The notes under the pieces: model-generated
What the model was told of the DNA's origin: nothing
What the model saw: only the letters and a program-made list of their open reading frames with translations
Databases searched by the model: none
Sequence record: SRR16203515_2173
Length of the DNA stretch: 61,647 bases
Direction: 5' to 3' (one strand)
Shown here: one piece after another, positions 19,986 to 29,162 of the stretch
Position numbering within the stretch: position 1 is the stretch's first letter
Layout: the number at the start of each line of letters is the position of its first letter
Position numbers and translations under genes: made by a program

Positions 19986-20639
19986 ATGACAAAAATGACT
20001 TCAGCAGGGCTACCAGCACATGAAATGACCTATCGTGCACTGAAAGAATTGCTGTTGTTTGGTGAAATTGCACCGGGTCAAGCAGTTACAATTCAGGGTT
20101 TGGTGGCCCGTTTAGAAGTTGGAATGACCCCTGTTCGCGAGGCGCTGCGCCGTCTGATTTCGGAAGGTGCGCTGGAATTTCAGGGAAATCGCCGTGTCAG
20201 TGTGCCTGTTTTAACGCCCGAAAATCTGTCTGAATTGAAATTCGCACGCGCAATGATTGAACGTGAATTGACGCTTAAAGCCTTTTCAAACATTGATGAA
20301 AATGGCCTAAAACAGATTGAATCATTGGATGCTGGTCTGGATTCGGCAATCGCGCGTGGTGATATCGGTGCATACTTGCGGCACAATTACGAATTCCACA
20401 AAACGCTCTATTCATTTGCGGGGGCACCGATTTTAGAATCATTGGCCGATAATCTATGGCTGCGCTACGGACCATCGCTTCGCGTTGTCTGTGGTCGGGT
20501 TGGAACGCAGAATTTAGTTGATCATCACAAACAAGCCATCGCCGCCGTACGCAATGGCCAATTTGACGATGCTGCCGCTGCTATGTCCGCTGACGTGAAC
20601 GAAGGTATCGACTATGTGATCGCCGAATTTTCACGCTGA
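19986..20639 (+). CDS. GntR (FadR/FCD) family transcriptional regulator
   Basis: wHTH motif VGMTPVREALRRL and an FCD domain (NYEFH, DHH). Confidence 0.92.
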   Translation: MTKMTSAGLPAHEMTYRALKELLLFGEIAPGQAVTIQGLVARLEVGMTPVREALRRLISEGALEFQGNRRVSVPVLTPENLSELKFARAMIERELTLKAFSNIDENGLKQIESLDAGLDSAIARGDIGAYLRHNYEFHKTLYSFAGAPILESLADNLWLRYGPSLRVVCGRVGTQNLVDHHKQAIAAVRNGQFDDAAAAMSADVNEGIDYVIAEFSR

Positions 20640-20659
20640 GCATACTCTGTTTGATTCGA

Positions 20660-20687
20660 TTGACAAAATAAAATTTGATCATATTTT
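20660..20687 (+). promoter_or_regulatory. Sigma70 -35 box plus candidate GntR operator (copy 2)
   Basis: TTGACA at 20660, followed by the near-perfect 18-bp palindrome AAAATTTGATCATATTTT at 20670-20687. Confidence 0.65.
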
Positions 20688-20734
20688 GAGATCTGACTCG
20701 CAAATACGCGTTTATTCCACCAAAATGGATCAAG

Positions 20735-22132
20735 ATGATGAACCAGATTTTCAACCACGCACCCACCCATGAATTACAAGCGCGCGATGCAGCGCATCAT
20801 ATGCACCCGTTTACGGCACAGGGGCAATTGGCGGAAAAGGGCGCGCGCGTCATTACCGGTGCGAATGGCGTATTTGTTTACGACAGCGATGGTGAAAAAA
20901 TCTTGGACGCGATGGCGGGACTATGGTGCGTCAACATTGGCTATGGTCGAGAAGAGCTTGCCGATGTCGCGCATCGTCAGATGAAACAGCTGCCCTATTA
21001 TAACACCTTCTTTCAAACGACCCATATTCCCGCCATTGAATTGTCTGAACGCATTGCAAATCTTGCACCCGCAGATTTGAACCACGTATTCTATGCGGGT
21101 TCAGGGTCCGAGGCGAATGATACTAATATTCGCATGGTGCGGCATTACTGGGCGATGAAGGGCAAGCCCGAAAAATCAATCATCATCAGCCGCAAAAATG
21201 CCTATCACGGGTCGACCGTTGGGGGTGGATCGCTTGGAGGGATGAGCGCGATGCATGAACAAGGCGGCATGCCAATCCCTGACATCCATCATATCAATCA
21301 ACCCAATTGGTGGAGTGAAGGGGGCGATATGACCCCCGAGGATTTCGGTCACGCCCGCGCTGCCGAGTTGGAAGAGGCTATCAAACAACTGGGGGCCGAT
21401 CGTGTCGCGGCCTTTATCGCCGAACCTGTTCAAGGGGCGGGCGGCGTGATCGTGGCACCCGACACCTATTGGCCCGAAGTACAGCGCATCTGCGACCATT
21501 ATGGTATTTTGCTGATCGCAGATGAGGTGATTTGTGGCTTTGGTCGCACAGGAAATTGGTTTGGGTCCGAAACTCTGAACATTCGCCCCCATATCATGAC
21601 AATCGCCAAGGGGCTAAGCTCGGGCTATCAGCCGATTGGGGGGTCAATTGTCTGTGATGAGGTTGCCAAGGTCATCGCCGGGGACGAATTCAACCACGGC
21701 TACACCTATTCCAGCCACCCTGTCGCCGCAGCCGTCGCCAATGAAAACCTGCGCATTATGGAAGAGGAAAACATTGTCGGCCACGTGCGCGAAACGGCCG
21801 CCCCCTATCTGAAACAAAAATGGGAGGCGATGACAGATCATCCCATGGTTGGTGAAGCGAAAATTGTGGGCATGATGGGATCAATCGCACTAACCCCAAA
21901 CAAAGCCACGCGCGCAGCGTTCAAATCGGATGCAGGAACGGTTGGTTATATTTGTCGCGAACGCTGTTTCGCGAACAACCTGATCATGCGCCATGTTGGG
22001 GATCGTATGATTATTTCACCCCCATTAATTATTTCCAACGATGAAATTGATTTGTTGATCACCCGTGCGCGGAAATCATTGGATGAGGCGTTGGAGATCG
22101 TCAAAGATAAGGGACTATGGGAAGAACAATAA
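20735..22132 (+). CDS. Class III aminotransferase, putrescine:pyruvate (SpuC-like)
   Basis: HMHPFT, DAMAGLWCVNIGYG, SGSEAND, YHGST, AEPVQGAGG, DEVICGFGRTG, IAKGLSSGY. Confidence 0.9.
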   Translation: MMNQIFNHAPTHELQARDAAHHMHPFTAQGQLAEKGARVITGANGVFVYDSDGEKILDAMAGLWCVNIGYGREELADVAHRQMKQLPYYNTFFQTTHIPAIELSERIANLAPADLNHVFYAGSGSEANDTNIRMVRHYWAMKGKPEKSIIISRKNAYHGSTVGGGSLGGMSAMHEQGGMPIPDIHHINQPNWWSEGGDMTPEDFGHARAAELEEAIKQLGADRVAAFIAEPVQGAGGVIVAPDTYWPEVQRICDHYGILLIADEVICGFGRTGNWFGSETLNIRPHIMTIAKGLSSGYQPIGGSIVCDEVAKVIAGDEFNHGYTYSSHPVAAAVANENLRIMEEENIVGHVRETAAPYLKQKWEAMTDHPMVGEAKIVGMMGSIALTPNKATRAAFKSDAGTVGYICRERCFANNLIMRHVGDRMIISPPLIISNDEIDLLITRARKSLDEALEIVKDKGLWEEQ

Positions 22133-22297
22133 GCGTGTTTTGAGATGGGCGCAATCAAACAGTTCTATGCTGAGTTAAAAGGGGGAACAGGCCAAAAATT
22201 CGTTGAAAACGTAAAAAGCTGGTTGCACCACAAGCGGTTGATATGTTTACAATTAGCATAAGAGCGGCGCCAGACCGTGGAAACAAGGGAGCCTAGA

Positions 22298-23398
22298 TTG
22301 GCCTTAGACGCAATAAACAATGCATTCGTTCGGTTTGATCGGGTGCAAAAAAGCTATGACGGTGAATCGCTCGTCGTGAAAGATCTTAATCTGGACATTC
22401 CAAAAGGTGAGTTTTTAACGATGCTAGGGCCATCGGGCTCTGGTAAGACGACTTGCCTTATGATGCTGGCTGGATTTGAGACCGCTACGCACGGCGAGAT
22501 TTTGTTGGATGGCGTGTCGATCAACAATATTCCACCGCATAAACGAGGGATTGGCATGGTGTTTCAAAACTATGCCCTGTTCCCGCACATGACAGTTGCG
22601 GAAAACCTGTCGTTCCCGCTGGAAGTGCGGAACATGGGAAAATCGGAACGCGAAGCCAAAGTGAAGCGCGCGCTTGATATGGTTGAGATGGGTGATTTCG
22701 GTGGTCGCCGTCCCGCACAGCTTTCTGGCGGACAGCAGCAACGGATCGCATTGGCGCGTGCTTTGGTTTTTGAACCCGAATTGGTTTTAATGGATGAACC
22801 ATTGGGCGCATTGGACAAACAGCTGCGTGAAAAGATGCAGTTTGAAATCACGCGTCTTGCGCATAATTTGGGTATTACTGTTGTCTACGTAACGCACGAT
22901 CAAACAGAGGCGCTGACAATGTCAGACCGCGTTGCCGTGTTTAATGATGGTGTGATCCAACAGATTGACGCACCAGATGTGTTATACGAACAACCTAAAA
23001 ACAGCTTTGTTGCGCAGTTCATCGGTGAAAACAACACGCTTGACGGTGTCATCGAAGATATCAAAGATGGGATAGCCCTTGTAAAACTGGATAATGGCGA
23101 TGTGATTGACGCCAAGCCGGTTAACGTTAGTGCGAAAGGAGAGCGAACCCGCGTCTCCATCCGCCCTGAGCGCGTAGAGTTTAGAAAAGACCGCCTCAAA
23201 GAGGGCGCACATCTATTAAACGCAGAAGTTTTGGAGGTGATCTATATGGGTGACATCCTGCGGACGCGTTTGAATGTGGCAGGCAACACAGAATTCATCG
23301 TGAAAACACGAAATGCTCCGGATCAGACACGTCTGAATGTCGGAGAAGTAATTGAGATCGGGTGGCTACCGGAAGATTGTTGTGCGCTTGAAGCATGA
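22298..23398 (+). CDS. PotA-family ABC transporter ATP-binding protein
   Basis: GPSGSGKT, FQNYALFPH, LSGGQQQR. Likely TTG start at 22298 after AAGGGAG; GTG 22277 is the alternative. Confidence 0.9.
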   Translation: MALDAINNAFVRFDRVQKSYDGESLVVKDLNLDIPKGEFLTMLGPSGSGKTTCLMMLAGFETATHGEILLDGVSINNIPPHKRGIGMVFQNYALFPHMTVAENLSFPLEVRNMGKSEREAKVKRALDMVEMGDFGGRRPAQLSGGQQQRIALARALVFEPELVLMDEPLGALDKQLREKMQFEITRLAHNLGITVVYVTHDQTEALTMSDRVAVFNDGVIQQIDAPDVLYEQPKNSFVAQFIGENNTLDGVIEDIKDGIALVKLDNGDVIDAKPVNVSAKGERTRVSIRPERVEFRKDRLKEGAHLLNAEVLEVIYMGDILRTRLNVAGNTEFIVKTRNAPDQTRLNVGEVIEIGWLPEDCCALEA

Positions 23399-23463
23399 TG
23401 ATTTTAGCATTTTAAATTGCCCGCGTGTCGCGCGCGGGCGTGTAAACCAACTGGGAGAACATA

Positions 23464-24546
23464 ATGAAAACTATCATGTCACTAACAACGGCAAGCGTTC
23501 TTGCGATCAGCGCAGGTACGGCATTTGCTGAAGGTTCCATCACCGCCGTGTCTTGGGGTGGTGCATATACAAAATCGCAGGTTGAGGCGTATCATAAGCC
23601 TTGGACAGCGGCGACTGGTAACACAATTGTTTCAGAAGACTATTCAGGTGGTTTGGCGGAAGTCAAAGCACAGGTTGATTCAGGTTCTGTAACTTGGGAC
23701 ATCATTGACGTTGAGAAGTCAGACGCCGTTCGCGGTTGTGACGAAGGTCTATTCATGGAAATCGATCACTCAGCATTGCCAAATGGTGCGGATGGCTCAG
23801 CGGCTGCTGATGACTTCATTCCTGGATCATTCACAGATTGTGCGGTTGCGAATATCGTATGGTCAACAATTTTTGCATATGACAGCTCTGTCATGGCGAA
23901 TGGCCCAACATCTATTGCAGACTTCTTTAACCTTGATGCCTTCCCAGGTAAGCGCGGTCTACGTAAGTCACCAAAAGCGAACCTAGAAATGGCGCTTGCG
24001 GCGGATGGTGTTGCATCAGCAGACATCTATGAAGTTCTAGGAACAGATGAAGGTGTTGATCGTGCCTTTGCAAAACTGGACACAATCAAAGGCAGCGTTG
24101 TTTGGTGGGAAGCAGGCGCACAGCCTCCACAACTGCTAGCGGATGGCGAAGTTGCGATGACGACTGCGTATAACGGTCGTATCTTTAACGCAGTTGCATC
24201 AGAAGGTAAGCCATTTGAAATCGTTTGGGACGCACAAGTCTTTGACGTTGACATGTGGGCAATCGTAAACGGCGCACCAAATGCAGAGTTGGCGATGGAC
24301 TTCTTGAAGTTCTCAACAGCGACTGAGCAGCTAGCGGCACAAGCCTCATACATTTCATATGGCCCTGCGCGTAAATCATCTGCGCCTTTGGTTGGTACAT
24401 ACCACTCAAACGCAAGCTTAGAAATGGGCCCACAGATGCCAACTGCACCAGATAACTTCGCAACAGCGATTTCAAATGATTTTGAATTCTGGGCAGACAA
24501 CCAAGACGAGTTGAACGAACGCTTCAACGCATGGTTGGCGAACTAA
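23464..24546 (+). CDS. PotD-family ABC substrate-binding protein
   Basis: Signal peptide, VSWGGAY, GKRGLR, QPPQLLADGE, YNGR. RBS GGGAG. Confidence 0.9.
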   Translation: MKTIMSLTTASVLAISAGTAFAEGSITAVSWGGAYTKSQVEAYHKPWTAATGNTIVSEDYSGGLAEVKAQVDSGSVTWDIIDVEKSDAVRGCDEGLFMEIDHSALPNGADGSAAADDFIPGSFTDCAVANIVWSTIFAYDSSVMANGPTSIADFFNLDAFPGKRGLRKSPKANLEMALAADGVASADIYEVLGTDEGVDRAFAKLDTIKGSVVWWEAGAQPPQLLADGEVAMTTAYNGRIFNAVASEGKPFEIVWDAQVFDVDMWAIVNGAPNAELAMDFLKFSTATEQLAAQASYISYGPARKSSAPLVGTYHSNASLEMGPQMPTAPDNFATAISNDFEFWADNQDELNERFNAWLAN

Positions 24547-24555
24547 TCACGATTT

Positions 24556-24586
24556 GGGTGCGCGAGGTTATCGCGCACCCTTTTCT
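24556..24586 (+). terminator. Stem-loop after the binding-protein gene
   Basis: GGGTGCGCGA-ggtta-TCGCGCACCC followed by TTTT. Confidence 0.7.
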
Positions 24587-24601
24587 ATTTTTGGATAAAA
24601 A

Positions 24602-25852
24602 ATGTCTGATACAACAACACCCCTCGTCGCTGCTGATGGAACGCCGCTGAAACGCAAATTGGCGCAGTCTTTGATGCGATCTCGTGCGCGCGCATTTGGT
24701 TTGGCCTTTCCACTTCTGGCCTTTATTTTGGTGTTGTTTGTTTACCCAATTGCGAATTTTTTGACCCAAGCTTTTTATGATGCGCGATTTGCAACATTGA
24801 TGCCCGGAACAACCGAAGTTTTGAAGGATTGGGATACAGTTAGCGCACCGACCGAGGAAATGGCAGCCGTTCTTGTCGCTGATTTGGTCGTGTCGAAAAA
24901 AGAAAAGACCATTGGTAAAGTGGCAACGCGTGTTAATCGTGAATTATCGGGGACACGTAGTTTGTTCACCAAAACGGCCCGCTCTGCCAAGAAAATGGAA
25001 GCCCCCTACATGGAGGCCCTGATTAAAAAAGACAAAGATTGGGGCGATATCGAGGTGTGGCAGGCCATGAAAACGGCGTCCCGCGTTTACACGCCCGCCT
25101 ATCTGGCCGCGGCTGTAGATTTAAAGATGCTGGCCGATGGCAGTATAGTCCGCCAAGACGAAGATCGTCGTATCCACGTGATCCTATTTTGGCGTACGCT
25201 TGAGATTTCGTTTCTTGTGACGCTCTTCTGTTTCATGTTGGGCTATCCCGTGGCCTACATGCTATCGACGCTGCCTGCGCGTACCTCAAACCTCTTGCTT
25301 ATTCTGGTGTTGCTGCCGTTTTGGACGTCCCTATTGGTGCGGACTACTGCATGGATCGCGATGTTACAGGCGCAGGGTGTGTTAAACGATTTGTTCGTGG
25401 TCTTTGGTTTGGCGGCAGATGATGATCGGTTTAGTTTGATATACAACAAGACGGGCACATTGATTGCGATGACGCATATCCTGCTGCCGTTTATGATTTT
25501 GCCACTGTATTCAGTGATGAAAACCATCCCACCCAGTTATGTGCGCGCCGCGAAATCCATGGGTGCCACCAATTGGACAGCGTTTTGGCGTGTGTATTTC
25601 CCGCAATCGGTTCCTGGGATCGGGGCAGGTGCGTTGTTGGTGTTCATCCTAGCGATTGGTTACTATATCACGCCCGCATTGGTGGGTGGTCAGGATGGTC
25701 AGATGATTTCAAACTTCATCGACTTCCACATGCGTAAATCATTGAACTGGAACCTAGCGGCCGCCATGGGTTTGGTCATGCTGGTGTTCGTGTTGTTCAT
25801 GTTCTGGATTTATGACCGCATTGTAGGCATTGATAATATGAAATTGGGTTAG
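24602..25852 (+). CDS. ABC transporter permease (PotB-like, large periplasmic insertion)
   Basis: LPFWTSLLVRT, LPFMILP, YVRAAKSMGA, YYITPALVGG. Confidence 0.9.
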   Translation: MSDTTTPLVAADGTPLKRKLAQSLMRSRARAFGLAFPLLAFILVLFVYPIANFLTQAFYDARFATLMPGTTEVLKDWDTVSAPTEEMAAVLVADLVVSKKEKTIGKVATRVNRELSGTRSLFTKTARSAKKMEAPYMEALIKKDKDWGDIEVWQAMKTASRVYTPAYLAAAVDLKMLADGSIVRQDEDRRIHVILFWRTLEISFLVTLFCFMLGYPVAYMLSTLPARTSNLLLILVLLPFWTSLLVRTTAWIAMLQAQGVLNDLFVVFGLAADDDRFSLIYNKTGTLIAMTHILLPFMILPLYSVMKTIPPSYVRAAKSMGATNWTAFWRVYFPQSVPGIGAGALLVFILAIGYYITPALVGGQDGQMISNFIDFHMRKSLNWNLAAAMGLVMLVFVLFMFWIYDRIVGIDNMKLG

Positions 25853-25855
25853 GCG

Positions 25856-27097
25856 ATGTCAGGTCAATATCAATATATACCCCCTCAACCACCTCTTGGC
25901 TTTACGCTGGGAATCATCGGCGGTTTCGGCGCGCTGACAGGGCTTCTGACGGCCCAGGGTGACGTGGGACTGATGCCGCTATACTTAGTTGTCGGCGCAC
26001 TTTTGTTTTCGGCGTTTGGACTTGCGCTTTTGAAATCTGGTGTTGGGCGCGGATTGTCCGGCTGGGTTGGTGTCCTTGTCTTTTTGGCTGTAGGCAGCGG
26101 TTTGATCAGCTTCCCATTCGGTGTGCTTATGGCCCTGTGGGGATTTTTCATTGGACGCATGGTTTTGTGGTTGGATAGCGGCCGCTATCGCTTACCATTG
26201 CCACCCTATGCAAGTTCTAAAGAGGTTCTTTGGTTCTATACATTCCGCACAATCTGCGGTGCGATATTTGTATTCTTGATCACCCCGATCATCATTTTGA
26301 TCCCGCTGTCGTTCAACCAAGAGCCATATTTTAGCTTTACACCTGGTATGTTGGCGCTTGACCCTGCTGCGTTTTCAACACGCTGGTATTGGGATATCTT
26401 GCAAAACGGCATGGTCGACCCCGAGGCGATCACAGGCTGGTGGTCAGATGTTTGGAACAATGCGCAATGGGTGCGTTCGATCCGAAATTCATTCTACATC
26501 GGTATTCTGGCGACAATCCTGTCGACTGCTCTTGGGACACTTGCGGCGATTGGCCTTGCTTCAAGCGATATGCCATGGCGTCGTCCGATTATGGCGCTGT
26601 TGATTTCGCCGATGATCGTTCCATTGGTGATTACAGCATCTGGTTTGGCCTTCTTCTTTGCAGACATCAAATTGGTCAAAACCTATTGGGGGATTATCCT
26701 TGCGCATGCTGTTTTGGGAACACCGTTTGTGATCATCACTGTTACAGCTACGCTTTCAGGGTTTGATAAATCATTGACACGTGCCAGCGCAAATATGGGC
26801 GCAGGACCTGTTCGTACCTTTTTCAAAGTGCAGATGCCGTTGATTTTGCCCGGTGTGATCTCTGGTGCACTCTTTGCGTTCATTACGTCATTCGACGAAG
26901 TGGTTGCAGTGCTGCAATTGGCCGATGTGCGGCAACGTACCATTCCGCGCCAGATGTTCTCGGGTATTCGTGAACAGATTTCGCCAACGATTCTTGCGGT
27001 TGCGACGATCCTTGTGATCATCTCGATTGCGCTTTTGACGGTTGTTGAACTGTTGCGTCGCCGTTCTGAACGTTTGCGCGGCATGTCCCCCAGCTGA
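25856..27097 (+). CDS. ABC transporter permease (PotC-like, extra N-terminal hydrophobic domain)
   Basis: IPLSFN, SPMIVP, RASANMGA, FITSFDEVV. Confidence 0.9.
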   Translation: MSGQYQYIPPQPPLGFTLGIIGGFGALTGLLTAQGDVGLMPLYLVVGALLFSAFGLALLKSGVGRGLSGWVGVLVFLAVGSGLISFPFGVLMALWGFFIGRMVLWLDSGRYRLPLPPYASSKEVLWFYTFRTICGAIFVFLITPIIILIPLSFNQEPYFSFTPGMLALDPAAFSTRWYWDILQNGMVDPEAITGWWSDVWNNAQWVRSIRNSFYIGILATILSTALGTLAAIGLASSDMPWRRPIMALLISPMIVPLVITASGLAFFFADIKLVKTYWGIILAHAVLGTPFVIITVTATLSGFDKSLTRASANMGAGPVRTFFKVQMPLILPGVISGALFAFITSFDEVVAVLQLADVRQRTIPRQMFSGIREQISPTILAVATILVIISIALLTVVELLRRRSERLRGMSPS

Positions 27098-27108
27098 TCA
27101 GGACAATT

Positions 27109-28038
27109 ATGAAAACCGCCTTGATCACTCACGCGGATTGCTTGGATCATATTACGCCAGCGGGTCATCCTGAACAGGTTGCCCGACTGGAACACGTGTT
27201 GCATGCACTGGCCCCATTGGATTTAAATCGTGTCACGGCGCCTTTGGCAGCGGATGATGATTTGCTGCGTATTCATCCAAAGTCCTATATTGATGAAATC
27301 AAACAGATGCGACCAGATTCAGGAACGTTTCAGGTGGATGCGGATACGCACATGTCACCTGGGTCTGTTGACGCGGCGTATCGCGCGGCGGGTGGAACAC
27401 TGCGCGCTGTCGATATGGTGTTGAGTGGTGAGGCAAAGAACGCTTTTGTGGCAGCGCGGCCGCCCGGACATCATGCAGAAACGGCAACGGCAATGGGCTT
27501 TTGCCTATTCGGAAACGTGGCATTGGGTGCAAAACATGCCTTGGACTATCATGACCTGAAACGGGTTGCCGTTGTTGATTTTGATGTGCACCACGGGAAC
27601 GGAACACAGGATATTCTTTGGGACGAGCCGCGTGCATTGACGATTACGTCACAACAAATGCCGTTGTGGCCGGGAACGGGTGCGACGACAGAAACGGGTG
27701 CATATGAAAACGTATTGAATATCCCACTGGCACCCGAAACTGACGGTGCCACTATGCGGGCTGTATATACACAAACCGTGTTTCCGCGCCTGCGCGAATT
27801 TGCACCAGAGCTGATTTTGGTTTCAGCGGGTTTTGATGCCCATCGTGATGATCCACTGGCGCAACTAAATTGGGATACCGAAGATTTCCAATGGTTGGGA
27901 CGCGAATTATGTGCAGTTGCACGTGAAATATGCCAAGGGCGTCTGGTGTCCGTTTTGGAAGGCGGTTATGATTTACGGGCCTTGGCCGCATCTGCTAAGG
28001 TGTTTGTGAACGAATTGATCGAGGCCGCTAATGAGTGA
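27109..28038 (+). CDS. Histone deacetylase family protein
   Basis: GHPE, RPPGHHA, GFCLFGN, DFDVHHGNGTQ, SAGFDAH, LEGGY. Confidence 0.95.
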   Translation: MKTALITHADCLDHITPAGHPEQVARLEHVLHALAPLDLNRVTAPLAADDDLLRIHPKSYIDEIKQMRPDSGTFQVDADTHMSPGSVDAAYRAAGGTLRAVDMVLSGEAKNAFVAARPPGHHAETATAMGFCLFGNVALGAKHALDYHDLKRVAVVDFDVHHGNGTQDILWDEPRALTITSQQMPLWPGTGATTETGAYENVLNIPLAPETDGATMRAVYTQTVFPRLREFAPELILVSAGFDAHRDDPLAQLNWDTEDFQWLGRELCAVAREICQGRLVSVLEGGYDLRALAASAKVFVNELIEAANE

Positions 28039-28273
28039 AACACCCGTTGAAGACATGACATTTGAACAGGCAATGTCCGAACTGGAACGCGTTGTTGGGC
28101 AACTTGAACGTGGTGACGTGGCATTGGATCAGTCAATCGCACTTTATGAACGTGGCGCATTGCTGAAAAAGCGTTGCGAAACGAAATTGAAGGAAGCCGA
28201 AGAAAAAGTGGCTGCCATCACATTAGATGCGTCAGGCACACCGACAGGCACCGCGCCGCTTGATGGTGCATAA
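28031..28273 (+). CDS. xseB: Exodeoxyribonuclease VII small subunit
   Basis: TFEQAMSELE...LERG...LYERG. Lies in the xseB-ispA-dxs order. Confidence 0.95.
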   Translation: MSETPVEDMTFEQAMSELERVVGQLERGDVALDQSIALYERGALLKKRCETKLKEAEEKVAAITLDASGTPTGTAPLDGA

Positions 28274-29142
28274 TGGATTTTCACAAACGTATTGCTGCCA
28301 ATGCCGCCACGGTTGAGGCGCATTTAAACGCTTATCTTGATACATATGAACACCAGCCAGTTGTGGACGCAATGCGCTACGCCGTTCAGGGTGGCAAACG
28401 CATGCGCGCCTATATGGTTATCGAAAGCGCGGCGATGTTCGGCATTTCAGTGAAACAGTCGATCTGGCCCGCCGCTGCGATAGAGGCAGTGCATGCATAT
28501 TCGTTGGTACATGATGATATGCCATGCATGGACGATGATGATATGCGCCGCGGACGCCCCACTGTGCATAAGGCATGGGACGAAGCAACTGCAGTGCTTG
28601 CTGGTGATGCGCTGCAAACCATGGGGTTTGAATTGGCCTTGAATGACCAGGCGGGTTCGCCTGACGTGCGTGCGGAACTGGCCAAAACACTCGCAAAGGC
28701 GTCCGGCGCACATGGAATGGTCTTGGGGCAGGCGTTGGATATTGCTGCGGAAACCGCCGAAACACCTTTGACGCTGAAGCAAATTGAACACCTACAAAAT
28801 GGAAAAACAGGTGCGTTAATTGAATGGTCCGCGATCAGCGGTGCGATTATGGCCCGTTTGGATACCACGCCCCTTTCAATCTATGCCAAGGCTGTTGGTT
28901 TGGCATTTCAAATCGCCGATGATGTCTTGGATGTAGAAGGGGACGAGGCAAAAACAGGGAAACGTCTGAATAAAGATGCCGATGCGGGCAAGGCGACATT
29001 TGTTTCCCTGCTGGGTTTGGACGTCGCAAAACAACGTGCGCAGGCCCTTGTTGATCAGGCGGAAGAGGCTATTTCGTGTTACGGAAATAAGGCGCAAAAC
29101 TTGCAGGATGTTGCGCGCTTCGCTATTTCTCGGGAAAATTAA
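28273..29142 (+). CDS. ispA: Farnesyl diphosphate synthase
   Basis: [38 protein letters not shown]. Confidence 0.95.
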   Translation: MDFHKRIAANAATVEAHLNAYLDTYEHQPVVDAMRYAVQGGKRMRAYMVIESAAMFGISVKQSIWPAAAIEAVHAYSLVHDDMPCMDDDDMRRGRPTVHKAWDEATAVLAGDALQTMGFELALNDQAGSPDVRAELAKTLAKASGAHGMVLGQALDIAAETAETPLTLKQIEHLQNGKTGALIEWSAISGAIMARLDTTPLSIYAKAVGLAFQIADDVLDVEGDEAKTGKRLNKDADAGKATFVSLLGLDVAKQRAQALVDQAEEAISCYGNKAQNLQDVARFAISREN

Positions 29143-29162
29143 CCCAAGGCGCCTTTTATTTT

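Noticed and set aside
22220..22245. Possible NtrC site (TGCACCA) before the second ABC operon
   Set aside because: Only one half-site; the complementary TGGTGCA is missing.
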